A stretch of DNA of 62,789 nucleotides, counting the filler. It is 5 parts of 5 records of this genome, joined end to end, with 100 filler letters (N's around TTAATTAATTAA, not from the genome) between each part and the next. Parts side by side here need not be neighbours in the genome. Positions count along the whole stretch, not along the records: positions 12,669 to 28,647 come from SRR31147125_4905; positions 28,748 to 36,683 come from SRR31147125_4915; 3 more parts are not named here. One strand, 5' to 3'. A program made the translations under genes and the position numbers. This document shows positions 20,305-30,950 of this stretch, piece by piece. Position 1 is the first letter of the stretch; each line of letters starts with the position of its first letter. The notes under the pieces were generated by a model. That model was not told the DNA's origin. It worked only from the letters and a program-made list of their open reading frames with translations, and did not search any database.

Positions 20305-20528
20305 AAGTTAACCTCCACATTTTATTTGCTTTTATTGTATATTTTAATAGTAAATATGAAATAAATAAAAAGTAAAAAGCTTGTAAACACTGGCTTTTTA
20401 ATGTTCTGAAATGGGAATTTTAAATTTGGACTATTTTTTTTAAAATAAATGATAGAAAAACTTTGCGTTTTAGAATATAGTATTAGTATAGAATAGATGT
20501 TCTGTAAGCGGTTGATTGAAACATAAAT

Positions 20529-20543
20529 TAAACAAGTTGTCTA
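20529..20543. promoter_or_regulatory. candidate operator (ACA-N3-TGT palindrome) upstream of tupA
   Basis: TAAACAAGTTGTCTA, about 60 bp before the tupA start; same form as the ald and alsT sites. Confidence 0.55.
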
Positions 20544-20603
20544 TTCTATGAAAGTAAAATTTCAAAAATAGTGGGTAACAAAACTCACAAAAGGAGGATT
20601 TTT

Positions 20604-21425
20604 ATGAAAAAAAGGGTTATACTAAGGGTATTAGTTGCTTCATTATTAGTGGTGATATCTTTAACATCATTTGCAAAGGATAGTATTATTTTGGCAACAA
20701 CAACAAGTACAGAGAATTCTGGATTATTAGATTTTATTTTACCTTATTTTGAGAAGGAAACAAACACTGATGTAAAAGTTGTAGCTGTAGGAACAGGTAA
20801 AGCTCTTCAAATGGGTAGAGATGGAGAAGCTGATGTATTATTAGTTCATGCTAAGGCTAGTGAAGAAAAATTTGTGGCAGAAGGACATGGAACTGCTAGA
20901 TATGATGTTATGTATAATGATTTCGTAATTATTGGACCAATGAATGACAAAGCCGGGTTAAAGAGAAAAGCTGGCTCTGATGTGGTAAAAGCATATAAAA
21001 TATTAAATGAAGGAAAAGCCAAATTCGTTTCAAGAGGTGATAACTCAGGAACAAATAAAAAAGAGGTTGCACTTTGGAAAGAAGCCGGAGTCAGTCCAAA
21101 AGGTAAATGGTATGTATCTGCTGGTAAAGGAATGGGTGCAGTTATTCAAATGACTGACGAAATGATGGCGTATACTATGTCAGATAGAGCAACTTACTTA
21201 TCAATGAAAGATAAATTAGAACTTCAAGTAGTTGTTGAGGGAGATAAGAGATTATTTAACCAATATGGTGTAATTCCAGTTAACCCAAATAAAAACAAGC
21301 ACATTAATGCAGTTGGGGCAGTGGAATTTACAGCGTGGTTGTTATCAGAAAAAACTCAAAAGTTAATCAGTGGTTTTGGAGTTAAAAAGTTTGGACAAGC
21401 CTTGTTTATACCTAACGCTAGATAA
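20604..21425 (+). CDS. tupA: tungstate ABC transporter substrate-binding protein
   Basis: TupA signature 'LATTTSTENSGLL', 'GTGKAL', 'VHA', 'MYNDFV', 'SRGDNSGT'; AGGAGG RBS. Confidence 0.93.
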   Translation: MKKRVILRVLVASLLVVISLTSFAKDSIILATTTSTENSGLLDFILPYFEKETNTDVKVVAVGTGKALQMGRDGEADVLLVHAKASEEKFVAEGHGTARYDVMYNDFVIIGPMNDKAGLKRKAGSDVVKAYKILNEGKAKFVSRGDNSGTNKKEVALWKEAGVSPKGKWYVSAGKGMGAVIQMTDEMMAYTMSDRATYLSMKDKLELQVVVEGDKRLFNQYGVIPVNPNKNKHINAVGAVEFTAWLLSEKTQKLISGFGVKKFGQALFIPNAR

Positions 21426-21490
21426 TATATTTAAAGTAATGCTCAAAAACGAAGAAAAAATTTGACTAAAAAAATAGAGGTGTAAGTGGA

Positions 21491-22183
21491 ATGGGATATA
21501 TCGTTGATGGACTTAAAGAAGCAATTAAATTATTAATAACATTTGATAGAGAAATTTACTCGATTGTTCTTTTATCAATGTTTGTCTCATTTACTTCCAC
21601 TCTTATATCGTCTATAATAGGAATTGCAGCAGGAATGATTTTAGCTTTAAAGAAGTTTCCATTAAAAAAGCTATTTACGAGAATATTATATACCTGTATG
21701 AGCTTACCACCAGTTGTAGTTGGTTTATCAGTTGCAATTATTCTATTTAGAAGAGGCCCGTTTGGTAAGTTTCAGCTTCTATTTACACCAACAGCAATGA
21801 TTATTGCCCAGACATTACTAGTGACTCCAATAATTACAGGAATTATCTTTAATAATACTAAAAAACAGGGGCCTATTATTAAGATGACGTGTAAAACGCT
21901 AGGTGGAAATAGATTTGACCAAATGATTTTACTTATTAAAGAGATGAGAATAAATATAATGATAGCTGTTGTTACAGGTTTTGGGAGAGCAATATCAGAG
22001 GTTGGGGCTGTAATGATAGTGGGGGGAAACATCAAAAATCATACTAGAGTAATGACTAGTTTTATCGCTATGAATAATAGTATGGGGAACTATTCAACAT
22101 CAATAGCAATGGGCTTAGTGCTACTCTTGATATCATTTGTTACAAATTCAATATTGTATAAATATGTGATGGGTGATGAATAA
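21491..22183 (+). CDS. tupB: tungstate ABC transporter permease
   Basis: 'LPPVVVGL', 'FGRAISEVGAVMIVGGNI'. Confidence 0.92.
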   Translation: MGYIVDGLKEAIKLLITFDREIYSIVLLSMFVSFTSTLISSIIGIAAGMILALKKFPLKKLFTRILYTCMSLPPVVVGLSVAIILFRRGPFGKFQLLFTPTAMIIAQTLLVTPIITGIIFNNTKKQGPIIKMTCKTLGGNRFDQMILLIKEMRINIMIAVVTGFGRAISEVGAVMIVGGNIKNHTRVMTSFIAMNNSMGNYSTSIAMGLVLLLISFVTNSILYKYVMGDE

Positions 22184-22815
22184 TGAAGATAAATATTGAA
22201 AATATAACAAAACATTATAAACAAAAACAAGTATTAGATATTAGTAATTATGAATTTTATTGTGGGAAAATACATGGAATAATAGGGCCAAATGGGGCAG
22301 GGAAAAGTACAATGCTAAAAATATTGGCAGGTTTAGAAGAGGTTACAAGTGGTTCAATTTTATACGATAATCAAAAACTAGATAAGAAAATAATGAAAGA
22401 GATAACATATATGAGTCAGCAACCTTATTTGCTTAATACTTCGGTATTTAATAACGTTGCATATCCACTGAAAATCAGAAAATATAATCAAAGTGACATT
22501 GATAAAAGGGTAACAAATATTATAAAAGAGCTCGATTTATACAGGCTAAAGGATCAAGTGGCAACAAGTTTGTCAGGCGGAGAAGCTCAGAAAGTTGCTT
22601 TTGCAAGAGCTATAGTCTTTGATCCTAAATTACTGTTATTAGATGAGCCAACATCGAGTATAAATCCCCATTCATTAAAGTTAATTGAGGAGTTAATAAA
22701 GAGAAGAAGTAATAGAGAACATATGACAACAATAATGGTTTCTCATAACCATGAACAAACTAAACGTCTTTGTGATGTTGTATTAACAATTAATAATGGA
22801 GAAATAAGTAGTTAA
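22183..22815 (+). CDS. tupC: tungstate ABC transporter ATPase
   Basis: Walker A 'GPNGAGKS', signature 'LSGGE', Walker B 'LLLDEPT'; coupled to tupB. Confidence 0.88.
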   Translation: MKINIENITKHYKQKQVLDISNYEFYCGKIHGIIGPNGAGKSTMLKILAGLEEVTSGSILYDNQKLDKKIMKEITYMSQQPYLLNTSVFNNVAYPLKIRKYNQSDIDKRVTNIIKELDLYRLKDQVATSLSGGEAQKVAFARAIVFDPKLLLLDEPTSSINPHSLKLIEELIKRRSNREHMTTIMVSHNHEQTKRLCDVVLTINNGEISS

Positions 22816-22850
22816 AAATTAATATTATGTGTCAGAAAGGTGGGCTAGAG

Positions 22851-23342
22851 ATGTATACGTTTGCAGTAATAACAGCTAGCGATAAAGGTTTTGCAGGAGA
22901 AAGAGAAGATACAAGTGGTAAATTGATTATAAAAATGATGACCGAAAAAGGCTATAAATTAGTCAAATATGTTATTTTACCTGATGATAAACAAACTATC
23001 TATGAAGAGTTATGCAAGATGAGTGATATATTAGAGGCTAATTTGATACTAACAACTGGTGGAACAGGGTTTAGTAAAAGAGATGTAACTCCAGAAGCAA
23101 CAATGAAAGCTATAGATAGGCATGCACCAGGTATAGCTGAAGCCATAAGATACAATAGTTTACAAATAACACCAAAGGGTATGTTATCTAGAGGAGTATC
23201 GGGTATGAGAGGGGAAACACTAATAGTTAATATGCCTGGTAGTAGAAAAGCTGTTGAGGAATCATTGTCATACATTATAGAACCGTTACATCATGGCTTA
23301 GAGATATTAAATGGTGATACAGCAAATTGTGGGAGAAAATAG
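22851..23342 (+). CDS. mog: molybdopterin adenylyltransferase (MogA/MoaB)
   Basis: 'TASD...REDTSG', 'TTGGTGFSKRDVTPEAT', 'MLSRG', 'NMPGS'. Confidence 0.9.
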   Translation: MYTFAVITASDKGFAGEREDTSGKLIIKMMTEKGYKLVKYVILPDDKQTIYEELCKMSDILEANLILTTGGTGFSKRDVTPEATMKAIDRHAPGIAEAIRYNSLQITPKGMLSRGVSGMRGETLIVNMPGSRKAVEESLSYIIEPLHHGLEILNGDTANCGRK

Positions 23343-23373
23343 ATATAAAATTTTGTCTTGAAAAGAGGGTATT

Positions 23374-24615
23374 ATGGAATTTTTTAATGTTTTATCTGTT
23401 GAAGATACTAAAAAAATTATTGAGGACTTAGCAAAACACTATAAGCAATCAACGGAAATTGTTTCTTTAGAAAATTCTCTAAATAGGGTAGTTGCAGTAG
23501 ATGTGATATCTAAGGTTAATTTACCGGCATTTAACAGGTCAACTGTTGATGGTTATGCGGTATACGCTTCAGATGTCATGGGAGCTTCTGAATCAATACC
23601 AAGTTTTTTAACTTATAATGGTGAAGTTAAAATGGGAGAGTTTACTGATAAGAGATTAGAATATGGTGAGGCAATTTATGTACCAACAGGTGGAATGGTT
23701 CCTGACGGTGCCGAAGGTGTAGTAATGGTAGAGTATTCTGAAAAAGTAGATGATGATACGATACTTATACATCAACCAATAGCTCCAGGTGAACATATTA
23801 CATATATAGGTGACGATCTAAAGAAAGATAAAAGTGTGATAGAAAAAGGAAAGCGAATTAGTCCGTATGATATTGGAGTATTAGCCGGAATTGGAATTTC
23901 AGAAGTTGAAGTGGTTAAAAAGCCTGTGTTTTCTATACTGTCAACTGGAGATGAAATAATCGATATAAATGAAAAGCAAGAGTTTGGAAAGATTAGAGAT
24001 ATTAATGGATATGCTCTAAAAGCTTTAGTAAAAGATTTAGGTGGGGAAGTTAACTCACAAGAGATAGTTAAGGATGATTTTGAATTATTAAAATCTACAT
24101 TGGGTCAGATGTTAGCTAAATCAGATGTAGTTATGTTGTCTGGTGGTAGCTCAGTAGGTGTGAGGGATTATACTAAACAACTAATAGAGTCATTTGATGA
24201 CGGGGAAGTATTGGTTCACGGTGTATCAGTAAAACCCGGAAAACCAACAATAATTGGTAAAGTTGAAAATAAGATTGTATTTGGCTTACCTGGACATCCA
24301 TCATCTGCACTTATGATATTTAATGTGTTTGTTAAACATTATATTAACCAGATACTATCGAGGAACTATAAATCATTATTAGTAGATGCAATAATTACTA
24401 AGAATATACATTCTGCTGCTGGTAAGGAGACTTATCAAATGGTGGAACTGGAGAAAACAGAAAGAAGTTATTTAGCGAGTCCGATATATGCTAAATCAGG
24501 AATGATGACTATGTTGTCAAAATCAATTGGTTATATTAGGATAAGTGATGATGCAGAGGGTGTAGAAAAAGGAGACAAAGTATGTGTGAATTTATTGCAG
24601 GAGGTGTATCTATAG
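23374..24615 (+). CDS. moeA: molybdopterin molybdo/tungstotransferase
   Basis: 'RSTVDGYAV', 'STGDEI', 'SGGSSVG.RD', 'KPGKP', 'GLPGHP'. Confidence 0.93.
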   Translation: MEFFNVLSVEDTKKIIEDLAKHYKQSTEIVSLENSLNRVVAVDVISKVNLPAFNRSTVDGYAVYASDVMGASESIPSFLTYNGEVKMGEFTDKRLEYGEAIYVPTGGMVPDGAEGVVMVEYSEKVDDDTILIHQPIAPGEHITYIGDDLKKDKSVIEKGKRISPYDIGVLAGIGISEVEVVKKPVFSILSTGDEIIDINEKQEFGKIRDINGYALKALVKDLGGEVNSQEIVKDDFELLKSTLGQMLAKSDVVMLSGGSSVGVRDYTKQLIESFDDGEVLVHGVSVKPGKPTIIGKVENKIVFGLPGHPSSALMIFNVFVKHYINQILSRNYKSLLVDAIITKNIHSAAGKETYQMVELEKTERSYLASPIYAKSGMMTMLSKSIGYIRISDDAEGVEKGDKVCVNLLQEVYL

Positions 24616-26510
24616 ATGGATAAAAACAAAAGTAAAAGAAATATATACATCTCTAATTTTGCATTAGAGGAAGCTATTGCAAAATATAATGCAAAGTTAT
24701 CAATAGAGTATGAGCTAGAGACAGTTCCAGTAAGAGAAGCAGCATTTCGAACAACAGCAGAAGCTGTCTATGCAAATATTTCATCACCTCACTATCCATG
24801 TTCGGCAATGGATGGGATAGCAGTAAAAGCATCAACTACTTATGGAGCGTCAGAAGTAAATCCAAAATCTCTAATTGAACATGAAGATTTTGAATATGTT
24901 AATACAGGTTACCCTGTACCAAAAGACAAAGATTGTGTAATTATGATTGAGGATGTTGATGAGGTTGAGTCAGGAGAATTACAGATAATCAAGCCAGCTT
25001 ATCCATGGCAACATATAAGAGCGGTAGGGGAAGATATAGTACAAGGTGAGATGATAATAACATCTAATCACTATATCAGACCACTTGATATGGGAGCACT
25101 TATAAGTGGTGGAGTTAAAGAGTTAAAAGTGTATACGAAAGCCAAGGTTGGCGTGCTTCCAACTGGTAATGAAATTGTAGAGAATTATGAAGAACTTGAT
25201 TATGGGAAAATAATTGATTCAAATTCTGGAGTTTTCAAAAGTTTAATAGAGGAACTTGGAGGAGTTCCAACACTGTACTCGCCAGTTGAGGATGAAAGAG
25301 AGAGTTTAAAGGAAGCAATAAGTAGAGGTATTGTGGACAATGATATTTTAATTATAAATGCAGGATCTTCAGCAGGATCAAAAGATTTTACAGTTGATTT
25401 AATCAGAGAGATGGGAGAGGTCGTAGTACACGGAATAGCTCTAAAGCCAGGAAAACCTACTATACTCGGAATAATAAAAGGTAAACCTGTTATTGGGATA
25501 CCAGGGTACCCTGTATCAGCATATTTCTCATTTGATGTATTTGTAAGACCAATTATAGAGAGTTATACACATAAAAAGAAAAAAATGATATAATTAATGC
25601 AACTTTATCCCAAAGGGTAGTATCGTCATTTAAACATGAGGAGTTAGTTAGAGTAACTTTAGGTCAAGTAAACGAACAAAGAATCGCTACTCCGTTAAAT
25701 AGAGGAGCAGGTGCAACTATGAGTTTAGTCCGAGCTGATGGTGTATTAGTAATACCTAGAAAAGTAGAGGGAATAGAAGCTGGTCAAAATGTAGAGATTA
25801 AGTTGGTAAAACCTATTGATGAGATCATGAACAGATTAGTTTTTATAGGAAGTCATGATTTAACTGTGGATATTATAGCAGACAAACTACCACTTAGCTC
25901 AGGTCATGCAGGTAGTATGGGCGGAATAATGTCTATGAAAAGAGGAGAGTGTCATATAGCTCCAATTCACCTATTAGATGAAAAAACAGGTGAATATAAC
26001 ATATCATATATCAAGAAATTTATTAAAAATAGAGATATGAGTTTAATAAAAGGCGTAAAGAGATTACAAGGGATTATAGTTCAAAAGGGTAATCCAAAAG
26101 ATATTAAAGAGATAAAAGATTTAGTTAAAGAGGAGATCGTTTATGTGAATAGACAGCGTGGAGCAGGAACAAGACAGCTATTTGATTATGAGCTAAAACT
26201 TAATGGAATTAAAGCTGAAGAGGTTATAGGTTATAATAGAGAGATGACAACGCATACATCGGTAGCGGTAACAGTTAAGTCTGGTGGAGCAGATGCTGGT
26301 TTAGGTATCTACTCAGTTGCAAAAGCGATGAAGCTGGACTTTATACCTATTGGATTTGAGGAATATGATTTCCTAATTCCAACAGAGCTGTTAGATGATG
26401 CGAGAGTTAAGGAGTTTATTGAGATACTCAAATCAGAAGCATTTAAGAATAAACTAGAAGAGATAGGTGGTTATGAACTGGATAATCCTGGTGAGATAAT
26501 AACTGTATAA
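24616..26510 (+). CDS. moeA: MoeA fused to a periplasmic-binding (PBP/LysR substrate) domain; split by a 1-bp frameshift
   Basis: ORF 24616-25593 has 'SAMDGIAV' and 'KPGKP...GIPGYP'. Adding one A to the A7 run at 25579-25585 reads through into 25719-26510 ('GSHDL','GSMGG','VNRQRGAGTR'). Confidence 0.88.
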
Positions 26511-26563
26511 CTATCGAGAAATAAGGGTGGTGTCGAACAATGAGAAGTGAAGAGGGTTCGATT

Positions 26564-27532
26564 ATGCAAAATAGCTTAAAAGATAAGTTTGGAAGAGAGA
26601 TAAAATACCTTAGGTTATCTGTAACGGATTTGTGTAATCTGAGATGTAAATACTGTATGCCAGAGGATGGTATAGAAAAAATACCTCATAAAGATATGCT
26701 TACATATGAGGAGATGGATTTTGTAATAAAAAACTTAGTTGAAATGGGAATAGAGAAGATTAGAATAACTGGTGGTGAACCACTAGTAAAAAGAGGAATT
26801 GTTTCCTTGATAGAGATGATTAACTCCCATGAGGGTGTAAAAGATTTAACACTTACAACAAATGGAATATTGCTCGATTCAATGGCAGAGAGATTAAAAA
26901 AAGCTGGCTTACGAAGAGTTAATATTAGTATTGATTCATTAAAACCAGACAAATACAAAGAGATAACTAGAGGCGGAAATGTAGAGGACGTCCTAAAAGG
27001 AATAGAAGCAGCAAAAAAAGCTGGATTAACACCAATCAAACTAAATGTTGTATTGATGAAAGGCTTCAATGATGATGAAGTAAAGGATTTTGTCGAATTA
27101 ACAAGAGATAATGAGATTGACGTAAGATTTATAGAACTAATGCCAATAGGGGAACTATCAAAAACGTCCTATAATAAATATTTAGCAAATGAATTTATAT
27201 TAGAAAAGATCCCCGAGCTAGAGAGTGTAGAGGCTAGTGATCCTACTTCCCCAGCTAAATATTATAAACTAAAAAATGCAAAAGGAAAAGTTGGTTTAAT
27301 AAGTCCAATATCATGTAATTTCTGCGAAAATTGCAACAGAATAAGAATTACCTCTGATGGAAAATTAAAGTATTGTCTTCATTCAGATGAAGAGTTTGAT
27401 TTGAAATCAGTTGTGAGAAGTGAGAAGAATTTAAAGGAATTTTTACTAAGCTCCATAGAAAGAAAACCTGAAAAGCATAAATTGAATGATGGTGAACACA
27501 TAAGTAGAGGAATGTCTCAAGTTGGAGGTTAG
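26564..27532 (+). CDS. moaA: GTP 3',8-cyclase (radical SAM)
   Basis: '[18 protein letters not shown]', 'FCENCNRIR', C-terminal 'QVGG'. Confidence 0.95.
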   Translation: MQNSLKDKFGREIKYLRLSVTDLCNLRCKYCMPEDGIEKIPHKDMLTYEEMDFVIKNLVEMGIEKIRITGGEPLVKRGIVSLIEMINSHEGVKDLTLTTNGILLDSMAERLKKAGLRRVNISIDSLKPDKYKEITRGGNVEDVLKGIEAAKKAGLTPIKLNVVLMKGFNDDEVKDFVELTRDNEIDVRFIELMPIGELSKTSYNKYLANEFILEKIPELESVEASDPTSPAKYYKLKNAKGKVGLISPISCNFCENCNRIRITSDGKLKYCLHSDEEFDLKSVVRSEKNLKEFLLSSIERKPEKHKLNDGEHISRGMSQVGG

Positions 27533-27548
27533 GAAGGGAGGTAAAATA

Positions 27549-28076
27549 ATGTCGTTAACACATTTTAATAATGACGGTAGAGCTCATATGGTGGAGGTAT
27601 CAGAGAAAAAAGATACTGTAAGGACAGCAATTGCAAGAGGAAATGTCCGTATGAAACGTGAAACTGTATTAGCAATAAAAGATTCAAAAATTAGTAAAGG
27701 TGATGTTTTAGCAGTTGCGCAAGTAGCTGGAATTATGGGAGCAAAGAGAACAAGTGATATTATTCCAATGTGTCATCCGTTGATGTTAACAGCTGTAGAT
27801 TTAAGATTTTTTATTGATTATAACAAAGTATTAATAGAAGCAGAGGTTAAAACTATTGGAAAAACAGGTGTTGAGATGGAGGCACTAAGTGCTGTAAATA
27901 TTGCTGCGCTTACTATATATGATATGTGTAAGGCTATTGACAAAGACATAATGATAGATAATGTCAGATTAGTTAAAAAAACTGGTGGGAAATCTGGAGT
28001 GTATATAAGGAGTAATGAGATGAATGATATTATTGGAAAAGTAAAGTCAATTAATATAAGTAAAGAAAAGGGGTGA
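27549..28076 (+). CDS. moaC: cyclic pyranopterin monophosphate synthase (as read it runs into the MOSC N-terminus; true stop probably ~28015)
   Basis: 'LTHF...AHMVEVS', 'IPMCHP', 'TGVEMEAL', 'IYDMCKA', 'KTGGKSG'. Confidence 0.93.
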   Translation: MSLTHFNNDGRAHMVEVSEKKDTVRTAIARGNVRMKRETVLAIKDSKISKGDVLAVAQVAGIMGAKRTSDIIPMCHPLMLTAVDLRFFIDYNKVLIEAEVKTIGKTGVEMEALSAVNIAALTIYDMCKAIDKDIMIDNVRLVKKTGGKSGVYIRSNEMNDIIGKVKSINISKEKG

Positions 28077-28468
28077 TAAAAGAAGCAATAGATGAAGGTT
28101 TCTTCGAAGTCGATCACGGTTTAGTGGGAGATGCGCATGCTGGGAAATGGCATCGACAGGTAAGTTTACTAGCACAAGAAAGTATAGACAAAATGACTAA
28201 AATAGGTGTCGAGGGTCTATGCAGTGGTAAGTTTGCTGAAAACCTAACAACAGAAGGAATAATACTTCATGAGTTGCCAGTTGGAACATATGTTAAGATA
28301 GGTGAAACTATACAAGAAGTTTCACAAATAGGTAAAGAGTGTCATACTGGTTGTGCAATAAAAGAGCAAGTGGGTCAATGCATAATGCCGAAAGAGGGAA
28401 TTTTTACAAAAGTAATCAAAAGTGGTAAGGTCCGTTCAGGGGACACTATTGAGATTGTGAAAGTTTAG
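28020..28468 (+). CDS. MOSC domain protein; frameshift in the G4 run at 28070-28073
   Basis: N-terminal '[13 protein letters not shown]' in one frame, then '[18 protein letters not shown]', 'FAEN', 'QIGKECH..C...CIMPKEGIF' in the next. Confidence 0.85.
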
Positions 28469-28647
28469 ATTCTTTACTAGAAAAATAGAATTATTTGACA
28501 ATTAACAAAAATTATATTAATACTGATAATAGGGAAACGTTTGTTTATGTGCTGATATTTTTCAGCAGGACTTTTGTTTATCTAATCCGAGTTAATTATT
28601 TCTAAAGCTCTTGTGAGTCATGAATAATTAACCAATGGGTAGCTCAG

Positions 28648-28747
28648 NNNNNNNNNNNNNNNNNNNNNNNNNNNNNNNNNNNNNNNNNNNNTTAATTAAT
28701 TAANNNNNNNNNNNNNNNNNNNNNNNNNNNNNNNNNNNNNNNNNNNN
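28648..28747. other. artificial contig spacer
   Basis: 44 N + TTAATTAATTAA + 44 N. Confidence 0.98.
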
Positions 28748-28947
28748 TTTTTTTGTAGAGAAGGGCTGTATTTAAATACCGAGAGCATAAGGCTTTTAAT
28801 ATGACTTAGATAACTCCTAAAATTAATTTTATTTAATTTTGCAAAATTTCTATAGTATTCAATTTTATGAAAATTGTAGCTTTCGAAGGCCAAAATTTTT
28901 GTCCAATCGAGATTGTTAGCATTAATTTTTTCACTAACGTTTGTCAC
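28748..28947 (-). CDS. hypothetical protein of the glycan cluster, 3'-truncated
   Basis: Start overlaps the stop of the upstream GT2; frame is open to the contig edge. Confidence 0.55.
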
Positions 28948-29930
28948 TATACTGCAATTCTTTGTCTGAATTTATTGATTACCATTTTAAATCCTGAATT
29001 TTTGCCAAGATATATTGCTTCAAGTATATAAAATAGTTTTTTATTTAACCAGTTATCGTAAAAGTCTGGTGAAATATGATACTTATAACAAAACAAAATA
29101 TCAAAATATTCCCTAAGGCTTCTATTATTAACCTTCTTTAAGAATACAGGAGCCTGTTTTCTTAATCTTTTTAACAAACATTTTCTAGCTAACGTTATTA
29201 AATGCCTATCCCACCAAAGTCCAGAATCTATTTTTAGTATTTCGTTTTTGTGCTTGTTAATAATGTATTGATAACCTTCTATGTGTCTCTTATTATTTTT
29301 TGAAATAGAATTTTTATCTTCTAAATACCAAATAAATAAAGGCTCTTCTATATGAATAAAATTGCAAATAAATGAAAGACGTATGCTCGTTTCCCATTCC
29401 TGGTGTGTTTTTACATTTTCATCTAAGTATCCAATTTCTTCCAGTGCTTTTCGTGATGTTAGAATAGCCGGAAATAAGGGTGATGGATATTTGAGTAGTG
29501 TATTATGTGCATTCATCCCTTCAACTCGTGGAACAGAATTTACCCATCGTTTATTTTTTAGATTTTTATAACAGTTGCAATGCACAACAGTATAAGGATT
29601 CTTATTTGCTTTTTCAAGTTTATTAACTTGATGTTCTATTTTTTTAGGTAACCATTCATCATCAGAGTCTAAAAATGCTATCCAATCGCTGGTTGCAGTT
29701 TTAATTCCTGTATTGCGTGCTGCCTGGGCACCTTTATTTGTATCATGTTTTACGGTTATTATCCTATCATCATTTATTGTATTAACAACATCAATGGTAT
29801 TATCGTCTGACCTATCGTCTACAATAATTATTTCACTAACCGGATAAGTTTGGTTTATAACAGATTGAACACAATTTATTATTGTTTTAGAACGGTTATA
29901 TGCTGGTATAATAACTGAAATGCTAACCAA
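28947..29930 (-). CDS. glycosyltransferase family 2
   Basis: 'SVIIPAYN', 'IVDDRSDD', 'ARNTG', 'FLDSDDEW'. Confidence 0.93.
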   Translation of the reverse strand: MVSISVIIPAYNRSKTIINCVQSVINQTYPVSEIIIVDDRSDDNTIDVVNTINDDRIITVKHDTNKGAQAARNTGIKTATSDWIAFLDSDDEWLPKKIEHQVNKLEKANKNPYTVVHCNCYKNLKNKRWVNSVPRVEGMNAHNTLLKYPSPLFPAILTSRKALEEIGYLDENVKTHQEWETSIRLSFICNFIHIEEPLFIWYLEDKNSISKNNKRHIEGYQYIINKHKNEILKIDSGLWWDRHLITLARKCLLKRLRKQAPVFLKKVNNRSLREYFDILFCYKYHISPDFYDNWLNKKLFYILEAIYLGKNSGFKMVINKFRQRIAV

Positions 29931-30950
29931 TATTTGTTCTTTTAAAAAGTTTATTTAATATTTTTCTTGGCGAAATATCAAGGAATTTATCTATGTGGGT
30001 GTTCCGGTGATCCCTTATAAATTTGTATTCTTCATTTAACTGAATAACAGGGATTAATTGTGGGATTAGTTTTTCAATTATTTTTTGATAATCAATTTGT
30101 AATTCATCTCTATAATTCTGGAATATTACAGAATATTCTTTATAGAAATTATCAATAAAAGCTGAGATAGAAGTAAGTTGATTCTCATATATCAATTTGT
30201 TATTTACTCTATTCGCATTGTTTGTTTCGTTTTGCAATGTTTTGGCTTGTTCTATTTGTTTTTGAAAAAAATAAATGAGATTTAATTTAAATGGAGGTAC
30301 ATAATGCTTCACTATTAAATTAATATCGTAATAAAAATTATAACTATTTTTTTGTAATTGTTGCAGTAAAAAGGTTTCTTCGCCGTAACCTAATTTTTTA
30401 CCTTGCATTCCCAAATGCGGATTAAATCCTTTCGATTCTTTTAAAACATTGGTTTTAAAAAACATATTGGAACCCGATAAATTATAATTTTCTTTTATCC
30501 AACCGGTTTTGTTAAAATGTTGTCGTATTTCATAGTCGTCTCTAAACCAATCAGGCTTTTTATCTAGATAAAATGGATAAATGGGACCACCAAAAATATC
30601 CGGATTATAGTTTTTAATTATTTTAGTTGCTTGTTGAATCCAATTGGGTTCAGCTAACGCATCATCATCCAGATAACCAACATATTTACCATTTGCGAGC
30701 TGGTATCCTGAATTCCTGGCATATGATAAACCTGATTTTTTTCTAAGATGTATTTAATATTCTTATTGGGATAATTTGAAATTAATGCATTAATTTTTTT
30801 TGTATCGTCTGTTGAATTGTTATCTATTACTAATATTTCAATTTCTGAAGATTCAATATTTTCTTGTGAGAATATACTTTTTACTGCATTTACTGTAAAA
30901 TCAGACCTATTATAACTACAGATAATTATTGTAATTAATGTGCTAGACAT
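29923..30950 (-). CDS. glycosyltransferase family 2; split by a 1-bp frameshift
   Basis: 'IIICSYNR...VIDNNSTDDT'. Adding one base to the T7 run at 30736-30742 restores 'GLSYARNSG...YLDDD...GSNMFF...GEET' in frame with 29923-30465. Confidence 0.88.

Noticed and set aside
20440-20603. Moco/Tuco riboswitch or ModE box upstream of tupA
   Set aside because: Only a weak AGAATAGAT/GTCTATTCT pairing. The conserved Moco-RNA elements and the ModE palindrome are not recognisable.
10626-28468. Functional link between aor and the tungstate/Moco operon
   Set aside because: Biochemically attractive, but the genes lie on different contigs separated by an artificial spacer and probably come from different organisms.
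27549-28468. Genuine MoaC-MOSC fusion or programmed frameshift
   Set aside because: An AGGAG RBS precedes ATG 28020, and one extra G restores a normal moaC stop. Two single-G losses fit the window-wide undercall pattern better, though a fusion is not strictly excluded.
28633-28647. tRNA 5' end (…TAGCTCAG) at the contig edge
   Set aside because: Only 8 matching bases before the gap, and the preceding CAATGGG is not a familiar acceptor stem.
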